The position numbers and the translations under genes are program-made. The notes below the pieces were generated by a model, which ran no database searches, was not told the DNA's origin, and saw only the letters and a program-made list of their open reading frames with translations. A DNA stretch of 60,290 bases, the filler included, from Streblomastix strix (Eukaryota), in the NCBI GenBank assembly GCA_008636045.1. It is 3 parts of 3 records of this genome, joined end to end, with 100 filler letters (N's around TTAATTAATTAA, not from the genome) between each part and the next. Parts side by side here need not be neighbours in the genome. Positions count along the whole stretch, not along the records: positions 1 to 20,043 come from SNRW01000464.1; 2 more parts are not named here. The stretch is one strand, 5' to 3'. Shown here piece after piece: positions 1 through 13,135 of the stretch; position 1 is the stretch's first letter, and every line of letters starts with the position of its first letter.

Positions 1-766
1 CGTGCTTGTTATCAATTCTTTTCAACCAATCGAAAAATGTTGCTCTTGGACATACAATTCGATCTCTAGTCTTTGGAAGTTTGTGTGAGTGAAGTCCAGA
101 CTTTGTTTTCAGTTGTAGTCGTAAGTTCATATTATCAACCTGTTCGCATATTACTGAGTATCTTAGAGATATTCCTTCAATTTCGGCTGGTCTCATTGAA
201 CAAACAGTCATAAAGAGTGAAGTGAGTTTAGTCAATAGTTCAATATTTGTCAAATTTCGGTTCAATCGTTTTCCTCCCCAATAGTCAAATAGTTTTCCCA
301 CGTTCCTTGTGTCTTCGTATTTCGGTTTAACGATCATATGTGCTGAAATAGCTTTCCTGGTGAATTGGAGCATGTGGTTATTCTATAAATCTATGTCGAA
401 TGTGAGTGAGAGCATTGAGGAGAGTCCATTAAGAAACTGAAGTACCGAGCTTGCTGAAGTGTTTACTGAAGTGAATTAAGCTAGTACCTCTGTTATAATG
501 ATGTATGGTTTCATTGTTAATAAACCAAGGATTGAGTAGTGATTGATTTGGGTCCATTTCATGAGTTTTTCCATTGTATAATAGTATCTTCTTTAGGTAT
601 TGAATCTTTACCCGTATAAAATCATGTCTATTGCTCCCTTCGATACGTTTAGTATTCTCAAAATCTTTCTCACAAATCTTATTCCCTTCTTGGCCTTCGG
701 TCTATCAGGAAACAACATATCTTTCCTGGAGGGAGTTTCAAGTTCTTCTTAATTAACGATGTTCAT
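1..766 (-). mobile_element. DIRS-type retrotransposon tyrosine recombinase, N-terminal/central part (runs off the window start)
   Basis: Code-6 translation from the ATG at 766 is open to the window edge: ...RYYYTMEKLMKW...LLTKLTSLFMTVCSMRPAEIEGISLRY...KTRDRIVCPRATFFDWLKR. The K-L-x-S-L...R-x-x-E-I box with the catalytic Arg and the downstream CP motif are typical of DIRS recombinases. Confidence 0.8.
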
Positions 767-1499
767 TTATTTTATTAATTTTTCTAATATAAACAAAATT
801 AAATACTATTCCTATATGTGTGAATTTAAATTCATTAAATTCAATTTTCAATTTATTTTAAAAAGAAACTAAGTTTTCTCGATTGTTTTCAATTTAATGT
901 CTATGAAATTACATCATAGACATAACAGAATGCATCAATAATAATATTTATTAAAATATTTTCAATTGTAATAATCTATTTATCCAATATTCTTTAAAAT
1001 CCAAAGCTGATTGGGGCTCGCAGACAGTAACTATTTTTTGTTAATTAGAATAAAATATTAGTAGCGTGCTCCAATTTTTTGTTTTTATGATTTCGAAAAA
1101 ATTGGTGCTAACAAAACATCAGATTTTTAAAGCCAAAATCCCCATACTGGCATGAAAAAAATTTCTATAAAAGGGGGTACGAAACCAGATATAGCACTAT
1201 AATAATCATACTCTATGATTTAAAAATAAAAAATTTAATTAGTGCAACATGTTACGAAAATGCATTATTCGAAAAATTAAAAAAAAAATTTTTTAAAATA
1301 TTTCATTTAAATTTTTTATTGATAAATTTAATATAAAGAAATTTAAAATATTATATATTTTATATTTCAATCAAATTGTAAACCATTAGCGAACAAAAAA
1401 TCTGTTATTATTTCAAAAGTCTTTTTTCACAGCTGTTAGTTAACAAAATTAATTTTTAATTTTAATAATTAGAAATTTTTTATTATTTTAGTTATTTTT

Positions 1500-4400
1500 A
1501 AATTAAATTCTTACATTCATTAATATCTTCGATTTGTCCTTTAATTGTCGCGATAAATAATTGACCTGCTGTTGTATATCTAGTAGCTGATTCGATTATA
1601 TTAATACGTCGTTCTTTTTATAGATCATTTGTTAAATTAATTACTTCTTTTACTGTACCAGCCATATACATTTTACCTTAAGTATAAGGACATAGTTCTT
1701 TATACTAACTGCTCATGACACTTTGATACAATGAATTAAAATCTAAGCCTGTTATATTAGCGACCACATTATCCGTTTCGTTTAGTTTTATTTTGTTATT
1801 GAAATAAAATAATTTCTTAATTTTAGTCTAACCACGAATATTTACCTTATTCATTACATTTGATAATCCACCTGTGATACCTTTTCTTAGCGTTTAATAT
1901 ACATAAATACTATTAATTGTTGTAGGTAAATTTTACTTACTACAAAATTTCATTAATCGGATAAGTAATTTCATCTCTTACTCTTTTCTATTTTCTTTCG
2001 TTTAGTTACAGTTTAAGCAGCACTATCTGACATTGTCTTTAGTATAAGTTAACGAATTATCAATGCGATCTAATGTGGGTCTATTTTTAAAAGTAAATTA
2101 CTCGTGATAAATATAAAAAGATTTTTTCATTAACTATCGGAAATATTAATAATCATCATTATTAGCATTATTAGTTATATCTCTTCTGGCAGTTTGATCT
2201 TATTATTTATATCCTAACATTTTAATGTTCCAATATTGCTGAGTAAGATAAAATGGTGGATTACATTTTGGACAGCTATCATTTCCATCTATTTTAAATT
2301 CATTTTACGTTATTGAATATTTTATAGCATTAGCTCAACTAGCCATAGATATATGCTATAACATATCAACCTTATGTTCGAAGAATAGGTTAATCAAATT
2401 TAATATAGCAGTGATCATAATTCTAGAATCTAGTATGATGTTATGTCGAAGATAATCCCATCTGCTGTTAAATTACTTACGTCCCTAATTGTCAATTGAT
2501 ATATATACTTATAGATATAATTAATACTCCTCATCAGAAATAGTAGTATTTTTCAACGAGTTATTGAAATCTGATTATTTAAAAGGAGCTGATTTATTTA
2601 GTTATTCCTCATAATCATCGCCCATCAAATCATAGGGAAATAAGCCTTTAGACTATTATTAATCTGAAAAATTAACTACGAATTAGTTCAGCGTCATTAT
2701 CGGAGCAACATATAAGAAAGCATCGAGAAATTTATGCTTTATACTCATATTATTATGTGATACAATTAATTGTTTACATAGCTGGGGTGACCCTATATAA
2801 CTAGTTATTTTCCATTAACTCGATTACATATATGGAAATAATAATGACATATCAAATTTTGCAGAGTTATATCCGATTACTGGAACTTCGATTGAATAAG
2901 GAATAGTTTCATCCATTTAATTATTATCTTGTTTAATTTATACTGCTTCGATAAAGAGTAATTTTTAGCCATTAATTAACAATATTTTATTACTATATCT
3001 CATAATATATAGTCTTATTATCTTTAGATGAGTATGTAGTTGATGCTACACTTAGGGGATATAAGTTACATATTAATTTACTTTTTTTCAAAATTTAGTA
3101 ATTATTTTTTTTATAAGTTTCAAAATCATAAGTGATAAAATATTATGTTGGTCTAAATTCAGATTATCTATTGTTAGTAAGAAGATAAAGATAAATCTTA
3201 TTTTACATAATGTGGTGTACAAATATTCTCTGCTAATCATCAAGTATGATTTATTTCACTATTTTTCCTTTATATTTTACGATATATTTCTTCATATTCT
3301 CTTTAGTGTGCTAATCATATTTAAAGCAATGATTATTGCAATTAGGGCAAAATAATAGTCCAGTAAATCATTATTTATCTGTTACTAATAGTGTATAAAT
3401 ATTTATACCGTTTAATTCCTCTGACTGTATAAGTAGCAAATTGAGCTCATCGTCTCCTTCAGTAGGAAAAGATTAGGATAAGAAATAGTGAAAAGACTTA
3501 TCATCCTACTCGTATGAAAAGATATTAACTGATAATTTTAAATGTTGATGGATTTTCTATATATATCTGTCGCGTAATTGAATCCTTCAAATGTTTGAGG
3601 CTTAATCTCACCATAAAATAAGGTACCTATTTCTTTCATCTTACGAAGTACTTAATTATCTCTATATCTTTTCTACTTAATATCTTTTAATAGGTGTCTC
3701 GCTCTTGCTTCCAAAATACAAGTATTAGGATAGAGTGGATTAATAGATCTGTGACATTAGCGTTTCTTATTTAGATGCATTTTTAATGAAGGGATCGGTT
3801 TTTCACTAATAAGAAGGAGATAAGTAATGACACAGATAGAATATATCGTTATATATTTCTCTTTTGTATCGATAAGAGTTTTTTCTTATATAGGCATGAT
3901 TATTGATTAAATATACTATTTGTATAAATCAATATCTTATTAGCTTCTAATGAGCATCGGTGCTCTTCCTTCTGCCTTTGATTCTCTAGGGATCATATAA
4001 TCATAAGTTATTCGTTCATCAATATTCTTTACTCTATCTTTTCGCTCGTAAATGAAACCTAAATCTATTGCTAATTTATACATCTTATGAGCCATATTAA
4101 TATGAATTTGATCAATGAAATTATATATATTTAATATAGTAGTTATCTAATTATTATGCGCAGTAGTTATTGGGTTACGTTCGATATGGTTCTAACCTTA
4201 GAAATTAGATTTGGCATCAACGAGAATTTTAGTGAAATCATCTAGATCATGAGGTTGGGCTAACAATGATACTTCTTCGTTTGTAAAATCAAGCAACTTA
4301 CACTATTTTGTTGACTCTATCTGTTATTTAATTTCTTATAATTGCAATTAAAATATATATTGTAATTACAACTCTAATTATTATTGTATTTCGCTTAAGT

Positions 4401-4668
4401 TCTCTTGATGAATTGGTGGTTAACGCACATAGAATTAGTTATCTAATCTCGTGTCTAAGTCAATCATAAATTATCTTAGAACTATATAGATATTTCTTTA
4501 ACCATAAGATGGAAAGTTATTTTTATCTAATACACGTATCAATTATTATTTTAACAATTTATACGTCTTTCTATCCTTAAGTATTTCGTTACAATCTAAG
4601 TATTTGAATCATTGTCTCTGATGGATTATTATTCTATAGAACCTTCTGCTCTTATCTGTTACTCACTA
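1500..4668 (-). pseudogene. Truncated, decayed protein-primed family B DNA polymerase of a Polinton/Maverick-like element (copy A)
   Basis: Exonuclease-like FITYDF (~3130), VIGYNSAKFDMSLLF (~2860), insert RPTLDRIDNSLTYTKDNVRQCCLNCN (~2000-2080) and polymerase motif A ITGLDFNSLYQSVMSS (~1715-1755). There are in-frame TGAs/frameshifts, and motifs B and C are missing because the frame is cut off at ~1500. Confidence 0.8.
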
Positions 4669-5299
4669 ACCAAAAATTGTCCACTCTAGGCTAGATCCAA
4701 TTCGGTGCCGAGTTTAGATCTTTATCAAATTGTAACTCCATGAATGCTAGTGATGTTTACCGCCTCATCTATTATTTCTATCATTATTGTCCTTATCATG
4801 GTGTCCACCTTGGGAACCAGGAGAGTCCTTCCTCATAACAGATTGCTATGGTTTTCTTTTGAAGAACTTGTAGCAGTATTCCTTCTAGAAGGCTTGATAT
4901 TTGTGGATATGGAACCTATGTCCTCTATTATATGCTTCAATAAATGGCCTGATTTGTATATTTACTTCTGCATATCAAGCTGGAGGAGTATCTGCGTATC
5001 TTGATTCTTTTCAACTAAGTTTCATCCCATTTGGTTCCATGCTGTTCTTTGTTATTATACAAGTTGTTTGTTAATTTTTCTTCTAAACGAGGGAATTGTC
5101 CCTTTGGTTTCTCTCCAATTTGTGTATTGATATTTGGAGATGGTGGTGAACGATCCCAACTAACATTCATTTGTTTCTAATAAGTTTAGTGTCAAGCCAT
5201 GTCTCTCCCCTTTATATGGTATCTGTTATAGGTAATACGACTTACCTATTTAGTGTCTAATCATATTAAAACGCTTATGTTAGATGAACTGATTATATA

Positions 5300-8200
5300 G
5301 GAGGTTATACTGCTCCCGAAGTTTACATCTAAACAGGAGGAAAGACAAGTGGTTATAGCAAGTAGACTTAAGGTTATTGTAATAAACATATTTCAGGTAT
5401 AGGTGACTAAATTAGTTGTTGTTGCTCGATTTATTGGTGTATCTAGACCTAGACAACTTTACCTCCTCTTCCTCCATAATCTTCTTCTTCATAAACACAA
5501 CAATAATTATAGATATAATAATTGTAAAGATAATCTTGGATGTAATAATAAGATTAAAAATAGTAATAATAATAGAAAGATGAAAATGAATAATAATAAA
5601 TTGATTATGAAAATTGAAAGTTGGAAAATCAAAATCAAAAGTTAAATTAATAATTTAATATTTAAAATAAATTTTAATAATAAATTTAAGAATAAAATTT
5701 TAGCAAAGATGATAATCAGTAAAAATAATTAATTAAAGAAAATGAAATCGAAAATCATAAAAAAATATCAAACATTAGATAAATCACACAACATAAACTT
5801 CATGAATCTGCGAAAATAAACGAAATTCAAGAAGTAGTTTTTGAAAACTTGGAATAATTCATAGATCAAAATTTCGAATAAATTGAATAATAATAGTAAT
5901 TATAATTGCAATCATTACAATAATAACCTTTTTCTTCTATTTCTTCGCCATAACTTTAATAAGAATCTATCTCATTACAATAATTGTAAATTTCTCCTTA
6001 AAAATAAGAATCGCAATAATTTCAGTATTTGAATAAGTTTTCATCTGTTTCTAGCGAATCAATTGCAATTCCTCCCATATAAAATTTATAATTTGAATAA
6101 GAAAATACAATTTTTTATAATATTGATAATGAAATTGATAATGAATTTGTAAATAGCTTAGAAAATAATATTAAGATTTAAGAATTAAATTAACAATTGA
6201 ATAATTAAGAAAATTTAAATCAAAAAGAAACAAGTACAAAAGATTTAAGCTCATTATAACATTTTCTTCCAAATATGTCTTCATAGGCATCTGAATAGTT
6301 AAATTAGTAATTAATTTCAGAAGAAGAAGAGAAAGAGAAAGAAAAAGAAGTTCTTGAATTCCTAGATTAGTACAAAAAAGAAAACGATCGCATCGAATAA
6401 GAAAAAAATGAGTAATTGAAGATTAAACAACAACAAATTGATCTGTTTAAAAGTGAAAGGGAATAAAACTTGCATGAAACGGACAGTGTAGCTCGAACAG
6501 AAAGCTAGTATACGTTAGATAGTCCTCAATTTTCAACGCTTCGCTCATTGAAATCGCAAACTAGCACCAGAAACTAAGAACAGCTTTTGATTATGGATTA
6601 GGTCGATAAATAAATAAGTTAGTATATAAAAGATAAAAAAAATATGTGCAATTGAATAATAGTGAATTGAATGTTAATTAAGATATAAAAAGATAAAATT
6701 TTAATACTTAATTTAGAATTGAATAAATGAAATAATAAAATAAAACTTTAGTCGATGAAGCTTTCAATAAAATATAATAATAATAAAATTAAATTTAAAC
6801 TTAAGAATTAAATAAATATGAAATAAAATAAACACCAAAAGATAATTAAATCTAAAAAGAATAAGATGAATAAGCTAAAAAAGTATCAGACACAAATTTG
6901 TCAAAAAAATAGCATGAATTCAAAGGATTCATAAAACAACATCAATAACAACAACAAACCCAGAAATAAAGATAAATTAAACATTGGCCATCAACTCTCA
7001 TCTTAAAAAGCAAAAGTTAATTCCAATATTGATGAAAGAATGTCAAATATGCATGGATTGTAAGAAGGATAGTTACTAACACAGCGTACGCAAATATCTC
7101 ATATATCAAATGTATCTGGATTATCTGATCCTGAATATTAACAATATGAACAAGAATAACAACAAGTATATCAATAAATCGATGACTTGACTTCAAATTC
7201 AGTATAGCGAGGGTTTCCAACCGAGTTTTCAATGGATACGTAAATGGCAGGGAAAATATCAGCTATTAGTACTGTTGCAGTTTAAAATTACATTTAATTG
7301 GCAAAAGACAACAGCTAAAAAGTTATGCAACAAATCAAAAATGAAAATAATGAATAAATTGAATAAGAATCAAATAATATTCGAAATAAAATCTATAATG
7401 ATTAATAATAAAATACATCTTCAGATGAATAATAATTATCAATTAAATCATGTACATAACAACTAGAAACTTAAACTGGATCCGGAATGGATTTCATGTT
7501 TGGTACTAATACGCAGACATGGAATGATTTAAATGAGATTACTCAATAACCAGATTTAAATGCAAATAAATTATATATAGGCTAGAAAATTGATAATGAA
7601 TAATAATTAATTGAATAATAAATATAAAATTAAATTGAATTAGTATAATAATAAATTGATTAGCAATAGAAATCAATTATTAATTAAATTGATAAATAAT
7701 AAGAGATTCCGGAAAAAGATAATAATAAAATAGTTCAAATCAAATCTTTAACACAATAAATTTCAGAAAGTGAAGATTAATAAAATATGAATAATTAAGA
7801 AAGAAATGAAAACTATTCAAATACAAATCAATTAGAATAATCAACATAATTGTAAAATTCTCATATTGCACGAAACATTTAATAATAATAATTAGTTTAA
7901 TAAGAGTAAGAAATATAATAACCCTCCTATAATTTTGATGATTCTATTTTCTAAATATAGCTTACACCCGATCAAATAAACCAAATGGCTAAACTTGCTC
8001 AAACCACAGTTTTGGAATCACTTCAAATCAACAACATATTCTAAAATGTGTAAAATAATGTAGATGGAGGAGAAGAACTAATAAATTAATTAGAAACAAT
8101 TGATTCGCTATCTAAATTATAGAATGATAATTATCTTCCAATTGAAGGATAAGGACTTGACAAAGGTTGGTCGATGTTCCTGTCTCAGTTGTAATTCTAA

Positions 8201-8316
8201 ACATTGTCATAAAGTTTGACATAATTGCAGTAATATTAACCAAAAAATCAATAAATTTAATAAAGTGAATTAGGAGTAATAAAAGAGTAATTACCATTAG
8301 ATGAATAATAGTGAAT
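5300..8316 (+). pseudogene. Long Gln/Asn/Glu-rich low-complexity coding region, no recognisable domain
   Basis: In code 6 it gives long poly-Q/N/E frames (TTLPPLPPQSSSSQTQQQLQ..., EEEEKEKEKEVLEFLDQYKKEND..., LKLDPEWISCFGTNTQTWNDL...). At least one in-frame TGA (~5555) and no clear start. Confidence 0.4.
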
Positions 8317-8672
8317 AATGAAATTGATTCATTATGAATGAAATGTTAAATAATTCTTAAATTTAAAAGCATTTAATGAATTTTATTCTCCATTTTTATA
8401 TCAAATATATATTTTCTCTAACTTTATTATTTAATAATTACATTTTAATAGATTTTTTTATATTTTTTTAATTTTCTTTTAGTTTATTTATTTGTTGAAT
8501 TTTTTTATTAATTTTTTTTTTTGCTTTTCCTTCATAATTTATTTATTTACTTTTTGCTTTATTTATTTATTTTTACATTTTATTTTCAAAATAAAAATAT
8601 TGAAATAAAAATAAGAACAAATAAGTATCAAACTTTAAAGATGCAACTAACAAATAAACAAGGTTAAGTTAA

Positions 8673-11600
8673 TTCAGATGTTGAATGTAGATGAATTTTC
8701 CAATTTTTCATCATCAACATTTACTTCTTTATTATTTCAATTCTAATTGTCTTTAACATTATCTTAGTTTAATACAAATAAAATATTGAAATAAAGAAAA
8801 AATAAATAAATAGTTATAAACCTGAACATTCAGAAAGAAATGCAAGTCCATCAATATATTCACAAGTTTTGAGTAAACTAATAACTTTTATCTTGATGTT
8901 TTAGGGTAGTGGGTATGCCTTGAATATATATGAGAATATTTTTGCTATCCTATCATGTACATAAAATTTGTCTAAATTATTGAATAGTTGAATTAATTTT
9001 GCTACTGTTCCATCATCAGTTAGTTATTAACGATAAGAGAACTAATATCCACTTGGTATTTGTTAAATTTCAGCATTAATTATATTGATGATTATTTCAG
9101 CAGATTTTAAACAAGATATATATCCTTATGCCTATAACATTTTAGTCATTGTTTGAATAACGCCTTTTTAAAATAATTATCTTTTAAATTGATTTGAAAG
9201 ATATTAACATAAATAAAAGATTGGATTAATGAATTGAGTTTTGATTTTGATAACTGGAAGAGCATTGAGAATATGAATATATTTTTCTATGAAATCTGTC
9301 TCTAATATAATTATTTTTCCAGCTTCTTATCTTTGTTTGAATATAAACTTCACTATTTCTCCAATAATTACTATATTTCCTAAATTATCATCAATTGAAA
9401 TCATTTTAATTATATATTCATTTAGTTAATACATCAATCCAATTTTTATCAGTCTAATTAGTTGTTCTTCATTCATTATCTTAATAATTCTTTTAATCAT
9501 TATTAATTCTCTCATTATGTCTGGATTTACAAATGCACAAATGAGTTATTAATCTTAATAATCATATTACATTTATTATTATAAAATTGTCTTTGAAGGA
9601 AGTGAAAGAACAATTTGTTATTTGATAGTCTAATTACCAAAGATGAACAGTTAAGTTAATATTTAAAGAGAATATTTAATTGAATCGGAGTCAATTTGTT
9701 TAGTTTCAACAAACTATCTAAATTTAAAAAAAAATAGATTAATTAATTATAAATCAAATAAAAATTGTTTTATAAAATTAATGAAATATTATATAATTAA
9801 ATATAATACTTAATATTTAAAGCTGCAATTTTAATTATATCTCCAGATATGATCAAACTGTGGTTGTCTTAATTTATTGATAGGTACTAGAGAGTTATTA
9901 ATGCATAATTCTTATTAATTTGATTATTTGATCTTAAATTTTGATATAAATATGCAATATATTACTACTTTATACCTTCAGGGATATTTATTCCTTTATG
10001 ATTATGAGCATCAAACAGTTATATAATGTTTATTTTATTATCAATATTAATATCTTCATTCATTAAAATATTAAGAATTAAATTACTAATTATTCCTTTG
10101 CTATAAAGTTATATAAGTGAAGGATGATAAATTGATTATGCTACTATTTAAAAATGGTTTTGAAATGAAGATGAAGAAAGTGATTAAAATGAAGTAAGTG
10201 ATGTGAATTATTATGCTGGTATTTATATTTCAGCTATATTTAAACTTTTCTCTATTATATAGATGACCATTTTAACTATTTATAATTAAATTTATTTATT
10301 TTTCCAATTCATAAATACAATTAAATTATTAATAATATCAATATAAAGATCATTATGTTAAAAGATATTTTCAATTAAATTGAATAAAATATTAACAATA
10401 TTCAGGATAGTGTCTTAAAATTATTCCTAAATATCAGAAGTTATTAATATTTGATCTTTATCAACATATGATCCCAATGCTTATAAATAATTTTAAATCT
10501 AAATGCAAATACATTATTTGTGAAAATCGGTTTATTGAATTTAAATGATTTCTTCTTTAATTTACAAAAGTATGTCTATTGAGTTAATTTGTGATTGTTA
10601 ATATTTAAGATAAGTTGGAATAGTTTTAATTTAGAATTGATGTATTTATTCACATTTTTATTCAGTAAAATCTTATTTTGAAATTATTTTAATTTTAATT
10701 TATTCTTCATTTAATAATTCATTTAAGTTAATTCCAAGTAATTATTCAATTGTTGAAAGTGGAATATGTATTTGTTCGATGGGATTAGAGAGTTATGAAA
10801 TTTATTTAGGTGATGAAATATTTCTACTAAAAAATTTATGTTATAATGCTTAAGTGGCAGAAAAACGTTCATTTGGTTCAAATCTTAATAAGTTTGATAT
10901 TAAATCACATAAATCATCATCAATTATAGAAGATGGACGAATAATTTTTTTCAATCTCATGAACCTAAAATATATAGTTTTAAATTAATAATAAATTTAA
11001 TTACAAATATTAATAAATATTATCCAATACTCGCTAATATTTGGCAATTCTTCACATTGAAAAGGATATTAATGTGTAATAAGATTAAATATTATTATTC
11101 CAACTGACCAAATATCTACCTAATCAATAATAATTTGATTAATTTAATATATTTAAATATATAAATTTAAGATATAAATAGCTAAATATAAATTATTAAT
11201 ATACTTTTGAATCACCAATTATTTATTATTATTCTTAATAACGGATATTGAATATTTCTGGAGCCATGAATCTTAATGAACTGAAATTATAATTAATAAT
11301 ATAGTATAACATAATATAATATATTTAACAATTAATAATTTCTTTTAAATTTAAATTATATTATCAACCTTCGATTATTTGTCATGGGAGTTATATCATT
11401 ATTTTCATTGTCAATAATTGCGTCATTTCTTAAAATAATAGCCGTACCAAAATCAATTAACTTCAAAAACTAAAATATAATATAATAATATTAATATATT
11501 TATAAATATATAAATATAAATATGAAATATAAATTAAAAAACCACAAATTTGGATCCAGGAGGATTATGAAGAAGAATATTTCCCCATTTCAAATCTCTA

Positions 11601-12360
11601 TTAGTATTTTTGAATAAATAATATTTTATAATAATTTATTGAATTGATAATTAAAAGTAATATTGTTTATTATACCTATGAATAATTCCTACAGAATGAA
11701 TAAGTTGCAAGATTTCAACTTAATGTCAAAAATATATATTAATAAATTAATATAATAATAATAATTAATTGTTGAATTTAAAATCTATTATACGAAGTTG
11801 TTTCAAAATGGCTTTTATTACTGGGATATCCAAAGCTACTTTCTTATCAACTAAGTCTTATAAATTCTATTATTGATTATATAAAGAATATTAATAAAAT
11901 AAAGAAGAAAAAAAAATGTAAAAATTTTAAAGGAAATTTGATAAAAAAAATTCAATACAAACTCCGAGATTTGCATACTCCATTGTAAGTATAATAAATT
12001 ATTCAGATTCTATTTTTTAAAAATATTTAAGAACGTAAGGGTTTAATTCCAATCTAAAAAATTGAAAAATAATTAAAAAAATAAATGAAATAAAGAATTA
12101 CTAAAAAAATAACTTTTCAATTAGACAGTAAGCATTCCATTCTTTGTTATCATATAAATATCTTTTAATTACTTTTGCAGCAATAAAAGTATTGTCTTTC
12201 GTCACTTTGTAAACACTAAATGAATGAAATAGATGAAAACCAATAATTTAAAAATAAATTTATAATAAAAATAAATACTGTCCAAATTTACCCTTTCCTA
12301 TTTAGTTAAAATTATTATTATCATAATTATTAAATTATTGACACTAAGTTTTTGAATATA
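8673..12360 (-). CDS. Intron-rich Ser/Thr protein kinase with a C-terminal helical (ARM-like) extension; possibly a pseudogene
   Basis: Kinase subdomains in order across short GT-AG introns: IGKGKFG (~12290), IAAKVIK (~12180), LTMEYANLG (~11975), GIIHR/DLKWGNILL (~11680-11575), LKLIDFGT (~11450), RFMAPEIF (~11265), VDIWSVG (~11110), CDLISNLLRFEPNERFSA (~10880). A long Leu/Ile-rich tail follows. No in-frame ATG was found upstream of the Gly-rich loop. Confidence 0.75.
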
Positions 12361-13135
12361 TTCACACCTATTGACTTTATGACCTTAAAAACGAATGATA
12401 TTTAAGAAATTTAGAAATAATAGATTGATATTAAAAGTTTATTTAATAAATTGTATGTATTCATACATTAAATCCTAAATCTGTGAGTAACTACATCTAA
12501 TGTTTTCCCATCTATTCTAAAAATAAATGAAAATTAAATCATTTAACCGCTGTAAAAGATTATATAATTATTTTAAAAAAATATTTTTGAAAAAAAAATA
12601 GTTCGCAAATTTGAATTAATAATATGATATTAAAGAATTAATTATGTTAAAAATTAAATAATTTATATACATATATTTTAAAAAATAAAGTTCTATCTTC
12701 TAGTAGTGGTATAATTTATCAAAATCAATTATTAAAAAAAGATATCAAGTCTGTTTATTATATTTATTTATTAACTCCATAAAATTAAATGAAAAAATTT
12801 TAAATAGGGGTGGGAAAATGTGACATTGATATTAGGGTAGTCAAACTTGCTCAATGTGATTCAACTGGGCGGGCGATTAAAATATTTAGGGCGAATTTTA
12901 TATAATAAAAAAAAGAAATATTATGTTTATTTTATTGATTGAATTAATTTTTATTATTAATAAACATATGAATTGATATTATTAAAATATTAGAAAAATT
13001 GACTATTTTTTTAACAGCGAAATACAAAATAGTATAAATTTTTAAATATTTAAAACAGAGTAAATTAATTCTTTTATAGTTTTATTTTGATAGTTTTATG
13101 ACTAATTGTTTAGATAATTTCATTGATCAAAATCT

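Noticed and set aside
1065..1110. Imperfect inverted repeat gctccaatttttt...aaaaaattggtgc
   Set aside because: Largely A/T homopolymer pairing, and no matching partner end was found to call a transposon terminus.
4670..5340. GC-richer segment, possibly DIRS gag/RT debris; includes GGYTAPEV resembling a kinase APE motif
   Set aside because: No diagnostic RT or other kinase motifs could be read in any frame; left unassigned.
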